From Desulfatiglandales bacterium (lineage in GTDB: Bacteria > Desulfobacterota > DSM-4660 > Desulfatiglandales > Desulfatiglandaceae): a stretch of DNA of 64,000 nucleotides. The stretch covers positions 3,232,001-3,296,000 of the forward strand of contig OY762721.1 of assembly GCA_963666345.1 (NCBI GenBank), written 5' to 3'. The notes beneath the pieces are model-generated. The model was not told the DNA's origin. It made no database searches and saw nothing but the letters and a program-made list of their open reading frames with translations. The position numbers were made by a program, and so were the translations under genes. Positions 1 to 9,544 of the stretch are shown piece by piece. Numbering within the stretch: the stretch's first letter is position 1; each line of letters starts with the position of its first letter.

Positions 1-1663
1 TTATGTTTCTGTTTTCCAGGAACAGGCCCGTATCGAGATAGTCTGAGAGATTAACCAGAAAAAGACATCCGTATTCACTCACCTCGGTAAGCCTGCCCCT
101 GCTGCCATGCTTCTGATACTGGGATTTTCCTTTCTGCCTGCTTTTTACCTTGAGAAAGATCTTTTTCCTGTCCACTTCCATTATTTTCATCACGGTAATT
201 ATGATATGATCCAGCCGTGCCAGGGCCTTTGAAGTACCAACCGTTTCAGGGGCCGAATATTCCTGGATGTGGATGTCGCCCTCATAAATATCAATTGCAA
301 CATTGTATTCCGGTATGTCCGCGTCGTAGACTCGGTAGCAGCTGACCGACTCCTTTTTTATCCATTTTGAAAGGGATTTGAGGTTCTTAAGAAGCCTGTT
401 TCCGAACGCCTCGGATTTGTCGAGGCCCGGGTCGTGCGAATTCAAAAGGGTGGAAGAAGCTGATTGCGGTTCAGAAGATTCAGGTATGTCAAAGACATTC
501 AGATGACATTCGATAGGCCCGTTATAAAGCATGTGTCTGCTTACCGGATTCATCCCCAATGATTTTTCAAGGCCTTTGCCGGAGGTGAATACACCGGCAT
601 TCCAGCCCTTAAATCGTCTTCTGAGTTTTCTGCCCAGGCATTGATAAAGATAGTTCAAGGGTCTTTGTGAACCCATCCTTTCTCCGTAGGGAGGATTGAC
701 CACAATGAGCCCGGTATCGGACCCCTTTATCTTTGACAGTCGGGAGGAAAGCATTCCCAGTTCCTGCCTTTCCACATGTATGATTCCGTCCAGGCCTGCC
801 TCCGTGATATTTTCAAGGGAGGAACGAATCGCCTTCAGGTCTGCGTCAAAACCATGGATTCTGGGCCATTTTAACGCTTTGGCCTCGACCCTGCGTGTCT
901 TGGCGTCGGAAAGGAGCTTTTCCCACGTGTGAAGGGAATGTCCCTTCCAGCGGGTAAAGCCGAAGTAATCACGGTAGAGGCCGGGAGCGATTCCTCCATA
1001 TATGAGTGCGGCCTCTATCAGTAGCGTGCCTGAGCCGCACATCGGGTCGAGCAGCATATGGTCGCTGGGAAAATTTTTTGACCATCCCGACAGGATCATT
1101 AAGGCTGCGGCAAGGTTTTCCTTCAGGGGGGCCTGTCCGCCTGATTTTCGATAACCCCTTTTGTGAAGGCCGTCACCTGACATGTCGACACTGAGGGTTG
1201 CAATGTCGTGGTCAAGAAAAAGATGAAGGGAGATATCCGGCCTTTCAGTCTGAACCGATGGCCTGATGTCGTATCTGGCCCTGAACTGATCGACCAGTGC
1301 ATCCTTTACGCGGAGGGCTGCATATCTGGAGTTGTTTATGGCGGATTCCCTGGATGTGCATCTTACTGAAAAGGTCGTTTCCGGTGAAAGGTGGTCATCC
1401 CATTTTACCGTATCGGCGCCGGCATACAGGGCGTCTTTGTCGGCTGCTGAAAAGGTCGCAAGCGGCTTGAGTATGCGCGAGGCGAGCCTCGACCAGAGGC
1501 AGGCGAGGTATGCATTTTTGAGCGGGCCGGAGAAAAGAACCGCACCTTGCATCTTCTTGATAGATTCAATGCCGAGAGAGGCCAGTTCGTCGTTTAGAAG
1601 AACTTCAAGCCCTGATGCACAGGTCGCAATAAAATAATCGTATTTTCTTTGATAAGTGTTCAT
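1..1663 (-). CDS. rlmL: Bifunctional 23S rRNA methyltransferase RlmKL (runs off window start)
   Basis: Not in the ORF track; translated by hand from ATG at 1663: MNTYQRKYDYFIATCASGLEVLLNDELASLG (RlmL N-terminus), DPMCGSGTLLIEAA, NPPYG, and the RlmK-type CYRVYDADIPEYNVAIDIY near 290-340. Confidence 0.9.
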   Translation of the reverse strand, partial: MNTYQRKYDYFIATCASGLEVLLNDELASLGIESIKKMQGAVLFSGPLKNAYLACLWSRLASRILKPLATFSAADKDALYAGADTVKWDDHLSPETTFSVRCTSRESAINNSRYAALRVKDALVDQFRARYDIRPSVQTERPDISLHLFLDHDIATLSVDMSGDGLHKRGYRKSGGQAPLKENLAAALMILSGWSKNFPSDHMLLDPMCGSGTLLIEAALIYGGIAPGLYRDYFGFTRWKGHSLHTWEKLLSDAKTRRVEAKALKWPRIHGFDADLKAIRSSLENITEAGLDGIIHVERQELGMLSSRLSKIKGSDTGLIVVNPPYGERMGSQRPLNYLYQCLGRKLRRRFKGWNAGVFTSGKGLEKSLGMNPVSRHMLYNGPIECHLNVFDIPESSEPQSASSTLLNSHDPGLDKSEAFGNRLLKNLKSLSKWIKKESVSCYRVYDADIPEYNVAIDIYEGDIHIQEYSAPETVGTSKALARLDHIIITVMKIMEVDRKKIFLKVKSRQKGKSQYQKHGSRGRLTEVSEYGCLFLVNLSDYLDTGLFLENRNI

Positions 1664-2169
1664 GCTTTTCAAGTATCACCCGGTAGACTATAGGGTAACG
1701 ATCAAATAGTCCACACAAAAAGGGATGATTCGTTAACCAATGCCTCCTGAATTCTCAATGAAATTTTTCGATCCAGATGCTTTTGCTTTAATAAGCAGGG
1801 CCAAGTTACCCGCTATCGCAGCAAACTATTGACAGATAAGGAGTTTATGCTTAATCTGGATTGCAATAATCACCTTGTTTTTTTTGCTATTCCATTATGG
1901 AAAAGCTGATCCTCTGAGCAAGGCTGGGGAAAATGGCGCTGCTTTAATGGATCGAAGAGCCTGCAATACATACGAAGATTTCCGGATGGAGCGTTCGGCC
2001 GCCAGCATTGGGCTTAACAGCCTGTTTTTCACTACTTTTGCTGACAGCCGAGCGCTGATAGCAAGAACTGATATTTTAAGTGTCTAAAGTTTCGGATCCG
2101 GTTTTCTTCGCACCCGGTCCTTTGGGCCGGGATTCTTCACTGGCCAAACATATCCATGGAGGAACAGGA

Positions 2170-2496
2170 ATGAAATTTAACGATGTGAATGCGGTTTTTT
2201 CTTCAATACCCCAGATCTTTGACCCGAAGGCCGCCGGGGACATGGAGGCGATATTTCAGTTCAATATAACCGGGGAGGGGGGAGGAAACTGGAATCTGAC
2301 TATCAAAAACGGGACCTGTGAGGTAAGGGAGGGCTCACACGAATTCCCTACCGTCACGCTGATTATGGATTCCGATGTCTGGCTTGCCATGGTGAAAAGA
2401 GAGATCAACGGTATGCAGGCCTTTATGAGCGGAAAACTGAATGTCAGGGGCGATATAATCCTGGCACAGAAGATTCCCGACCTCTTCCCCTTTTAG
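2170..2496 (+). CDS. SCP2 sterol-binding domain protein
   Basis: FDPKAAG...FQFNITGEGGG.W...AFMSGKL.V.GD pattern; ATG at 2170 follows a GGAGG-like RBS. Confidence 0.85.
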   Translation: MKFNDVNAVFSSIPQIFDPKAAGDMEAIFQFNITGEGGGNWNLTIKNGTCEVREGSHEFPTVTLIMDSDVWLAMVKREINGMQAFMSGKLNVRGDIILAQKIPDLFPF

Positions 2497-2585
2497 ACGG
2501 AAAAAAGTACTATGATGTCATTTCCGGATGAGCAGTCAGCTGTATCAGACCCGGGGCGTGATATGAGTTTCTTTTCCGTTTATAT

Positions 2586-2960
2586 CTAAATCCCGCGTGC
2601 CTTTTCCTTTGCCTCCTGTTTTTTTTTGCATGTTATGCAGAGAGTGGTGACCGGGCGCGCATTCAGCCTCTCCTCCGATATCCCCCTGCCGCAGACTTCG
2701 CATCTGCCGTATGTGCCATCTTCGATCTTTTTAAGCGCCTCTTTTATCTTATTGATTAATTTACCTTCTCTTTCCTTTATCCTGAAGATAAAATCTTGAT
2801 CCGATTCAAAAGACGCCTGGTCAGCAATGTCGGGCGATTTTTCAATCATGTCAGCGGCGTTTATTACTGCCTCACCAGACCCCTTAATAAGCGCTTCAAG
2901 TCTGTCCGTGAGTAACCTTTTAAAATGCTCTCTTTTTTTTTCCGTAAGGGTATTTTTCAA
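2586..2960 (-). CDS. dksA: RNA polymerase-binding transcription factor DksA
   Basis: DxxDxA (DIADQA) coiled-coil tip, C4 zinc finger CEVC...CITC, RLNARP; AGGAGG RBS before the TTG start. Confidence 0.9.
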   Translation of the reverse strand: MKNTLTEKKREHFKRLLTDRLEALIKGSGEAVINAADMIEKSPDIADQASFESDQDFIFRIKEREGKLINKIKEALKKIEDGTYGRCEVCGRGISEERLNARPVTTLCITCKKKQEAKEKARGI

Positions 2961-3408
2961 AGGGAAACCTCCTTGTAGATATCTGAGGTAAATCCATTTT
3001 GATTTTTGCAGGTTCAGGTAAAGGGGGTTAAAGGAGCCTGAATGTAACTTTCATAGCGCCTGAGGTCGAAAAAGATAAATATGACCTGCTGCCGTTGATT
3101 AGGTGAAGGGGCTCCTTAAACAATATCATTATACAACAACCAGTCAGGTTTTATCCAGGAATTAAATCATGGGATGTTCCGGCTTTACCAAAAAACATCT
3201 ATGAAATAAGGCGTTGATCAAGTCAAGTCAATTTGTTTTATCACGTCACTTTAATAATTCCCTTTTTATATAGGGAGAATCCGGGTATTATAATTACATG
3301 TATCATCTCTTAACCCCCCGGGCCCTTTTCCCGGGCTGTTAGCGAGGAGAGCCAGGTAAAGGCGTGCCGTATCTGCTCTTTGCGCAACCTTTGAGGGATT
3401 TATTGGAA

Positions 3409-4332
3409 ATGGATGAGCAAAGAAGATTGAAATTTTTAGGAGCCATGATCGGAAGCGCTCTGGGGGACGCGATCGGTGAGCTTGCCTTCCTCAATCCTGA
3501 AAAAGGGCTTTTGGAAGATATTCTCTCAGAGATCCCGGAGCTTTGCTATACGGTCGACACTGCCATGGCTATCGGTCTGGCAGAGGCGATTTCACAAAGT
3601 GCCGGGATAGATGAAAGGTTTCTAGGTGACACATTCGCAGCTAATTATTTTAGGGAACCGTGGCGGGGATATGCAGCCGGCCCCCCTGCCATCTTTTCCG
3701 CGGTCAAAAAGGAGGGAACAACCTACTCAGATGCCGCCGCAAGGATGTTCAAAGGCATGGGGTCTTTCGGAAACGGGGCTGCGATGAGGATAACTCCGGC
3801 AGCCCTTTTTTTCTATGATTCAGAAGAACTATACGAACAGGTGTCCGCGGCAAGCAGGGTGACCCATGTTCACCCGGTGGGAGTGGATGGAGCGGCGGTA
3901 CTGGCCCTGGCTATTTCAAGCGCGTTAAGGTTTGAGAGTACCGAAGAATTTCCGTTTCATGATTTTATGGGCTCGCTGATTGACTTTGCAAGGACAGCAG
4001 AGATAAGAAAGAAGCTTGAGCAGGTCCATGATCTGTTTGTTTCGTCTGCTGGTCCTGAAAGGGCCAAAGGGCTCCTGGGCAGTTCTGTGGCTGTCCAAGA
4101 GTCAATGCCTTTTGCACTTTATTCCTTTTTGTCGCACAGGGATTCCTATGAGGACTGTCTTTTCTGTGCCGTATTAAACGGAGGCGACCGGGACACCATC
4201 GGCGCAATGGCGTGCGCCGTGTCAGGGGCCTACCTCGGAATAGAGGCTATCCCCTGGAAGTGGAAAGAAAAGCTTGAAAACAGATCTTATATCGAACACC
4301 TGGCTTTCGTACTCGAAGATATCATATATTGA
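3409..4332 (+). CDS. ADP-ribosylglycohydrolase (DraG/ARH family)
   Basis: GSALGDAIG, GNGAAMR, THVHP, GGDRDTIGAM motifs; canonical TDDT motif reads TVDT; ATG 3409 preferred over GTG 3364. Confidence 0.9.
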   Translation: MDEQRRLKFLGAMIGSALGDAIGELAFLNPEKGLLEDILSEIPELCYTVDTAMAIGLAEAISQSAGIDERFLGDTFAANYFREPWRGYAAGPPAIFSAVKKEGTTYSDAAARMFKGMGSFGNGAAMRITPAALFFYDSEELYEQVSAASRVTHVHPVGVDGAAVLALAISSALRFESTEEFPFHDFMGSLIDFARTAEIRKKLEQVHDLFVSSAGPERAKGLLGSSVAVQESMPFALYSFLSHRDSYEDCLFCAVLNGGDRDTIGAMACAVSGAYLGIEAIPWKWKEKLENRSYIEHLAFVLEDIIY

Positions 4333-4392
4333 TGAAAGTGTTTTGGCGATAATAGTTAGACAAAATTTTCCATAGATAGGAGGAATTCAAGA

Positions 4393-4935
4393 ATGTCTGA
4401 ACTTTTCGAAGACATCATGCAAAGACGAAGCATCAGAAGGTATGAACCGAAAGCTGTGCCTGAAGATCAAATTGAAAAGATCCTTGAAGCGGTAAGATGG
4501 GCCCCTTCGTGGGCAAACACTCAGTGCTGGGAGATCGTACTTGTGAAGGATGAGGCCGTTAAGGAGAGTCTGAGGCAGACGCTTCCGAAAACCAACCCCG
4601 CCTCAAAGGCCATAGCGCAGGCCCCTGTTGTTTTTGCTCTCTGCGGAAGGTTGAAATCTTCAGGCTATTACAAGGATCAGGTGACCACGAAATTCGGGGA
4701 CTGGTTCATGTTCGACCTCGGGATTGCGACGCAGAACATCTGCCTGGCAGCAAAAGATCTTGGCCTGGGAACGGTTATAGTGGGACTCTTTGATCATGAC
4801 AAGGCCGCTGAAGCGTTGAAACTGCCTGAAGGATATGAAGCGGTCTCACTTATACCTGTGGGTTATCCGGCAAAGGATTCCCCTGTCCCCAAGAGGCGCG
4901 AGATAAGTGAATTCACACATCATGATCATTTCTAG
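4393..4935 (+). CDS. Nitroreductase family protein
   Basis: RRSIRRY, APSWANTQ.W, GLGT, GYP motifs; AGGAGG RBS. Confidence 0.9.
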   Translation: MSELFEDIMQRRSIRRYEPKAVPEDQIEKILEAVRWAPSWANTQCWEIVLVKDEAVKESLRQTLPKTNPASKAIAQAPVVFALCGRLKSSGYYKDQVTTKFGDWFMFDLGIATQNICLAAKDLGLGTVIVGLFDHDKAAEALKLPEGYEAVSLIPVGYPAKDSPVPKRREISEFTHHDHF

Positions 4936-5005
4936 CCCTCATTTATAAGGGGGTTTTATTCAAGTATGGAGACCCTGGTCTTATGAGCCGGGTCGGAAAA
5001 AAAGG

Positions 5006-5174
5006 TTGACGGCTTCGTAAAAAGTCCAACTGTCCCGCCTCGGGCGGGATTATGCTTCATCTTTCGTCATTGCGGCGTACTTATAAGTACGCCTCATTCC
5101 TCAAGATTTGCAAGCCTTGCATTTGGAGCTTTTTACTGTGCCGTGTCAATTATGACTTTTTGCGGGTTCATCAA
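5006..5174. mobile_element. MITE-like intergenic element, copy 1
   Basis: Imperfect terminal inverted repeats TTGACGGCTTCGTAAAAAGTC ... GACTTTTTGCGGGTTCATCAA; AAGGTT at both junctions; first 27 bp identical to 22509-22535. Confidence 0.75.
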
Positions 5175-5365
5175 GGTTGGACTCCTCGCTTTTTTCCATC
5201 CTTTCCAACTAGACCCAGGGGTTCCCTTCCGCTGTTTCAGGTATCCCGGAAGGGGGCCTTTGGATGATCTCCCGTCAGTCACATATTCGGACAAAAAAAC
5301 AGCAAGGCTATAATTTTTAGGTTATGTCTTAGATGATATAACTAATTAATATCATTAGAAAATTT

Positions 5366-5394
5366 TTGACATCTCTTTCCGCGGACGTTATGAT
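5366..5394 (+). promoter_or_regulatory. sigma70 promoter upstream of aor
   Basis: TTGACA-N17-TATGAT. Confidence 0.65.
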
Positions 5395-5748
5395 TATAAG
5401 CAATTTTCCGGGATGTTTCAGATCTTCAGGCAGCTCTGCCGAAATTCAAGGCCGGGTTGAAACGTGGTGAGAACCGCTTTCTGAAACGTAATCATAAAGC
5501 TCAGGGGTCGCTTATCCGGGATATACTGTTGAACTTCTTTCTGAATCCGGCTTCATTTTGCATATCGTTCTCCTGCTCCCTTTCTACAGACCTCTGTCTT
5601 AACAGCTCCATTTAAAAAACCCTTGGTTTTGGGGATCCGACTGTTGATTGAGTCATGAGACGGGTGCATATGGAAATATATACTTGGAACTGAGATAACA
5701 AGGACAATCGTTTTAAACATTACAGAGGTTTTTGAAAAGGAGGTTCAA

Positions 5749-7485
5749 ATGGAAAAGATACTTAGAATCGACATGGGGGCTGAGGGCGGTCCAAAGGTGA
5801 CCGAGGAGCAGACAGGAGAATATGCCGGCCTGGGTGGACGGGCGCTGACATCTGCCATGGTGTATAAGGAGGTGCCGCCGCTTTGCCATCCCCTGGGTGC
5901 GGACAACAAGGTCGTAATCGCCCCCGGTCTTTTAAGCGGTTCTATCGCCGCCATGTCCGGCAGGCTTTCGATCGGCTGTAAGAGCCCCCTTACAGGCGGT
6001 ATAAAGGAGGCCAATTCAGGCGGACAGGCCGCGCAGGTGCTCGCAAGGCTTGGTTATGCGGCCGTAGTGCTTGAAGGTAAACCTGCCGACGATACCCTGT
6101 ACCGGATTGTAATAGACAGGGAGGGGGTAAAGATATCACCTGACAACAGCCTCAGGATGCTTGGAAATTATGACCTGATCGACAAGGTCAAGGGTGAGTT
6201 CGGAGACAAGGTGGCCTGCATCTCAATAGGTCCTGCAGGCGAGATGAAAATGGCGGCGGCATCCATTGCCTGTACTGACGTGGAATTCAGGCCGACAAGA
6301 CACGCCGGCCGGGGCGGAGTGGGAGCGGTCATGGGTTCAAAGGGTGTGAAGCTGATCGTGTTGGATGATAAGGGCATGAAAATGAGGGCGGCAAAGGATC
6401 CGGACAAGTTCAAAGCGGCGAACAAGTCGTGGGTTGAGGGATTGAGAAAGCATCCGGTTACGGGAGAAGGACTGCCGGCCTACGGTACCAATGTCCTTAC
6501 AAACGTCATAAACGAGGCAGGTGCTTATCCCACCAGGAATTTTTCAGAGGGCCGCTTCGAAGGAAGCGCCAAGATAAGCGGAGAGACCCTGGCCGAGACG
6601 GAGACCTCCAGGGGTGGCCTTGCCACCCACGGCTGCCACAGGGGTTGTGTCATAAGATGTTCAGGTACCTATGTGGACAAGGATGGCAATTTTCTTACCA
6701 AACAGCCTGAATACGAGACCGTTTGGTCCCATGGAGGTAATTGCGGAATAGACGATCTTGATTCCATTGCCATGCTGGACAGGCTGGATGATGACTTCGG
6801 ACTTGATACGATTGAAATGGGGGCGACCATCGGTGTTGCCATGGAGGCGGGTATAGCCAAATTCGGGGATGCCGAGGCGGCCATAAACCTGGTAAAAGAG
6901 GTGGGAAAAGGCACTCCGCTTGGAAGGATACTCGGAAATGGTGCGTCTGTAACGGGAAAGGTCTTTGGTGTCGAACGGGTTCCCGTTGTAAAGGGCCAGT
7001 CCATGCCCGCCTATGATCCAAGGGGTATCCAGGGTATCGGAGTGACCTATGCGACGAGCACAATGGGAGCCGACCATACAGCAGGTTACGCAATAGCCAC
7101 TAATATACTGGGTGTGGGCGGGAGCGTGGATCCCCTTAAGCCTGTCGGGCAGGTGGAGCTGTCAAGGAACCTGCAGATTGCAACTGCCGCGATTGATTCC
7201 ACCGGCATGTGCCTTTTTATAGCCTTTGCGATCATGGATCAGCCTGAGACCTTTCAGGCCCTGATCGATATGATAAATTCCTTTTACGGTCTTGAACTTA
7301 CGGCCGATGATGTTACGGAGCTTGGAAAATCGGTCCTGAAAAACGAAAGAAATTTCAATGCTGCTGCAGGTTTTACATCAAAGCATGACAGGCTGCCTGA
7401 GTATTTCAAAAATGAGGCGCTTCCTCCTCACGGGATAAAGTTCCAGGTAAAGGATGAAGATCTCGATCAGGTCTTCAACTGGTAA
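5749..7485 (+). CDS. aor: Aldehyde:ferredoxin oxidoreductase (tungsten-type AOR family)
   Basis: KSPLTGGIKEANSGG, AGRGGVGAVMGSKGVK, C-x2-GC-x3-C (CHRGCVIRC), EYET, DDFGLDTIE, MPAYDPR motifs. Confidence 0.93.
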   Translation: MEKILRIDMGAEGGPKVTEEQTGEYAGLGGRALTSAMVYKEVPPLCHPLGADNKVVIAPGLLSGSIAAMSGRLSIGCKSPLTGGIKEANSGGQAAQVLARLGYAAVVLEGKPADDTLYRIVIDREGVKISPDNSLRMLGNYDLIDKVKGEFGDKVACISIGPAGEMKMAAASIACTDVEFRPTRHAGRGGVGAVMGSKGVKLIVLDDKGMKMRAAKDPDKFKAANKSWVEGLRKHPVTGEGLPAYGTNVLTNVINEAGAYPTRNFSEGRFEGSAKISGETLAETETSRGGLATHGCHRGCVIRCSGTYVDKDGNFLTKQPEYETVWSHGGNCGIDDLDSIAMLDRLDDDFGLDTIEMGATIGVAMEAGIAKFGDAEAAINLVKEVGKGTPLGRILGNGASVTGKVFGVERVPVVKGQSMPAYDPRGIQGIGVTYATSTMGADHTAGYAIATNILGVGGSVDPLKPVGQVELSRNLQIATAAIDSTGMCLFIAFAIMDQPETFQALIDMINSFYGLELTADDVTELGKSVLKNERNFNAAAGFTSKHDRLPEYFKNEALPPHGIKFQVKDEDLDQVFNW

Positions 7486-7509
7486 AAAGGGCTGTTTTAA
7501 ATAAATACC

Positions 7510-7533
7510 GGGGGGTCTTTATAAGACCTCCCC
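7510..7533 (+). terminator. Hairpin downstream of aor
   Basis: GGGGGGTCTT-TAT-AAGACCTCCC inverted repeat; no clear U-tract. Confidence 0.4.
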
Positions 7534-7550
7534 TGCTTAGAGACAGATGT

Positions 7551-8171
7551 ATGTCACAGACGGAAAACGGCATATCAAAAGATCCGGAAGGAAAGCTCAT
7601 ATTGAAGATAAAGTCCGGTCCTTCAATCGATTTTTCAGACCTTTTTCAAAGAGGTTTTCAGGTCGTAACGGCCGGGGAGCGCTCACTCAAGGATTTTCTT
7701 TCCACAGAGCTGGGCCTGCTCCCCTCCTACATAGATGAAAGGGTCCAGACCATGTTTCTTGACGGAAGGGCCGTGGATGACCCGGACAGGGCAGTGGTGA
7801 GCGGAGGCTCGACCGTTTCCCTTTCAGCCGCGATGCCGGGCCTTTTGGGGGCGACTCTCAGGCGCGGGAGTTATTATGCGGCAATGAGGAAGGAGATATC
7901 CTATAAGGCCCGGAGTGTAAAGGCAGAAGACAGGAATAATATCGTGACGGTCAAGCTTTTCAATCTGATGGCAAGGGAGATCGCGCCGGAATTGGTCCTA
8001 AAGGGAGTCTGGTTAAGCGGAAAGGACCTGGCGGAGTTTCTAAAGGGGAGATCAGATCTGTTTGGTCCTCTTGTGGAGACAGCCCTTCTCAACGGCAAAG
8101 AGACTCCATCCGGTAATCTTATCGAGAGTCTATCCGGGATGGAGAGGGTTTTTTTCAGGATCGCCGAATAG
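7551..8171 (+). CDS. Hypothetical protein with a possible ThiS/MoaD-like central segment
   Basis: 206-aa ORF directly after aor; FLDGRAVDD...STVSLSAAMPG resembles the C-terminal half of a beta-grasp domain. Confidence 0.6.
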   Translation: MSQTENGISKDPEGKLILKIKSGPSIDFSDLFQRGFQVVTAGERSLKDFLSTELGLLPSYIDERVQTMFLDGRAVDDPDRAVVSGGSTVSLSAAMPGLLGATLRRGSYYAAMRKEISYKARSVKAEDRNNIVTVKLFNLMAREIAPELVLKGVWLSGKDLAEFLKGRSDLFGPLVETALLNGKETPSGNLIESLSGMERVFFRIAE

Positions 8172-8174
8172 GAC

Positions 8175-8417
8175 TTACCCACCTGCAACAGGCGGAAAAA
8201 CACCCAGACGATCACCATCTGAAAGGCGCTTTTCACCGGCTTCCTTCTTGCCGTTGAGAAATATCAGCTTGACTTTTTCAACAGACACCTCATGTTCCTT
8301 TAAGAGTTCCCATATGGTCGTGCCTTCTTTTACCTCCACCTCAAGCACGCCCCCTGATTTTTTTACCCCGGCTGCGACACGGGAAAGGGATGCATATAAT
8401 CGCAATTCTATCTTCAT
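8175..8417 (-). CDS. MoaD/ThiS family sulfur carrier
   Basis: C-terminal LSDGDRLGVFPPVAGG; ATG 8417 has an AGGGA RBS (alternative start 8435). Confidence 0.9.
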   Translation of the reverse strand: MKIELRLYASLSRVAAGVKKSGGVLEVEVKEGTTIWELLKEHEVSVEKVKLIFLNGKKEAGEKRLSDGDRLGVFPPVAGG

Positions 8418-8582
8418 TTTGATTCCCTGACTCATTGTAACGAGGAATTAAAAAAGATGTCTTAATTACCTTCTCTTCATGTTATAATATAATCACCAAA
8501 AGAACAAATTCCTGACAGCCTGTCAATTTCATAATAAACAGCAGACCGCTGGATCGATCGAACGGGGAAAACGGGGATAATT

Positions 8583-9455
8583 ATGAAGCAGATCCGTCCG
8601 GGAAAACTCCACGATCCCATAAGGGAAGATTCCTTGTTCGTAAAGGACCCTGCAGGACGAAACGTCCGGGTAATTTATGAAGAAAAGGCGGAAACGATCT
8701 CCGAAAAATATGGCGTTTCATTGCATGATGTTTTTGCCGAATCGCTCAGGATAGGGATTTTTCCCTACCGCTACATCAGAAACAGCGATTCTCTCGGTTT
8801 CCAGGATCAGCTGAAACTGGCCGAATCGCATGTGGCCGTAGTAGGTGCGGGGGGGCTTGGTGGTCAGGCCATTCTTCTTCTGTCCAGAATGGGGATAGGA
8901 AGGCTTTCGGTAATAGACAGTGACAAATTTGACGAAACCAATCTCAACCGGCAGGCATTGAGCAGCAAGACCTCCCTTGGAGTCTTCAAATCTCAAGAGG
9001 CTTATGATCTTGTACGATCAATTAATCCGGCGGTAGAGTTCTTTGCCCACAGGTTAAGACTTGATGCGTCAAACTGCGGATCGGTTCTTGAGCGTGCCGA
9101 TGTCGTTCTTGATTGTCTTGATAATATAAGAGACAGGTTTGTGATTGAAGAATGTGCAAAGGCACTGGGAAGGCCTCTTGTCCATGGTGCGGTCGCCGGG
9201 TTTGAGGGGCGCGTCATGACAATATTTCCAGCGGACAGCGGCTTGAGTTCCCTATACGGGGAAAGGGCTCAGGAGAGCGAAAACCATGAGAGCGCTGAAA
9301 AGTCGATGGGTGTAACCGCCCCTGCCGTCTCTTTTATAGCAACCCTTCAGGTGATGGAGGCAATAAAGATTATACTGGGCAGGGGGAGAATTATGAGAAA
9401 CAGGATGCTTAATTGTGATCTGGAGACTGGTGAGATAACGGAGTTCAGCCTTTAA
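8583..9455 (+). CDS. HesA/MoeB/ThiF family adenylyltransferase
   Basis: VVGAGGLG, DSDKFDETNLNRQ, DCLDN motifs; divergent from the MoaD-like gene. Confidence 0.9.
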   Translation: MKQIRPGKLHDPIREDSLFVKDPAGRNVRVIYEEKAETISEKYGVSLHDVFAESLRIGIFPYRYIRNSDSLGFQDQLKLAESHVAVVGAGGLGGQAILLLSRMGIGRLSVIDSDKFDETNLNRQALSSKTSLGVFKSQEAYDLVRSINPAVEFFAHRLRLDASNCGSVLERADVVLDCLDNIRDRFVIEECAKALGRPLVHGAVAGFEGRVMTIFPADSGLSSLYGERAQESENHESAEKSMGVTAPAVSFIATLQVMEAIKIILGRGRIMRNRMLNCDLETGEITEFSL

Positions 9456-9490
9456 ATGAAAATAAGTCAGGATGAAAACTGCCTGAATGG

Positions 9491-9527
9491 AAATCCCGGC
9501 CCCTCTTCCCTGAAGGACCGGGGTTTT
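9491..9527. terminator. Probable bidirectional terminator between convergent genes
   Basis: AAATCCCGG...CCGGGGTTTT imperfect inverted repeat with A/T flanks. Confidence 0.45.
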
Positions 9528-9544
9528 GATATAATAGTGTCAGT

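Noticed and set aside
696..1637. Plus-strand ORFs in the ORF track
   Set aside because: Shadows of the minus-strand rlmKL gene; the many other antisense ORFs inside long genes were dismissed likewise
5052..5267. 71-aa ORF
   Set aside because: Overlaps the MITE-like element; no protein features
5400..5748. Moco/Wco riboswitch upstream of aor
   Set aside because: Context fits, but I could not match the conserved motif elements by eye; kept only as a long-leader observation
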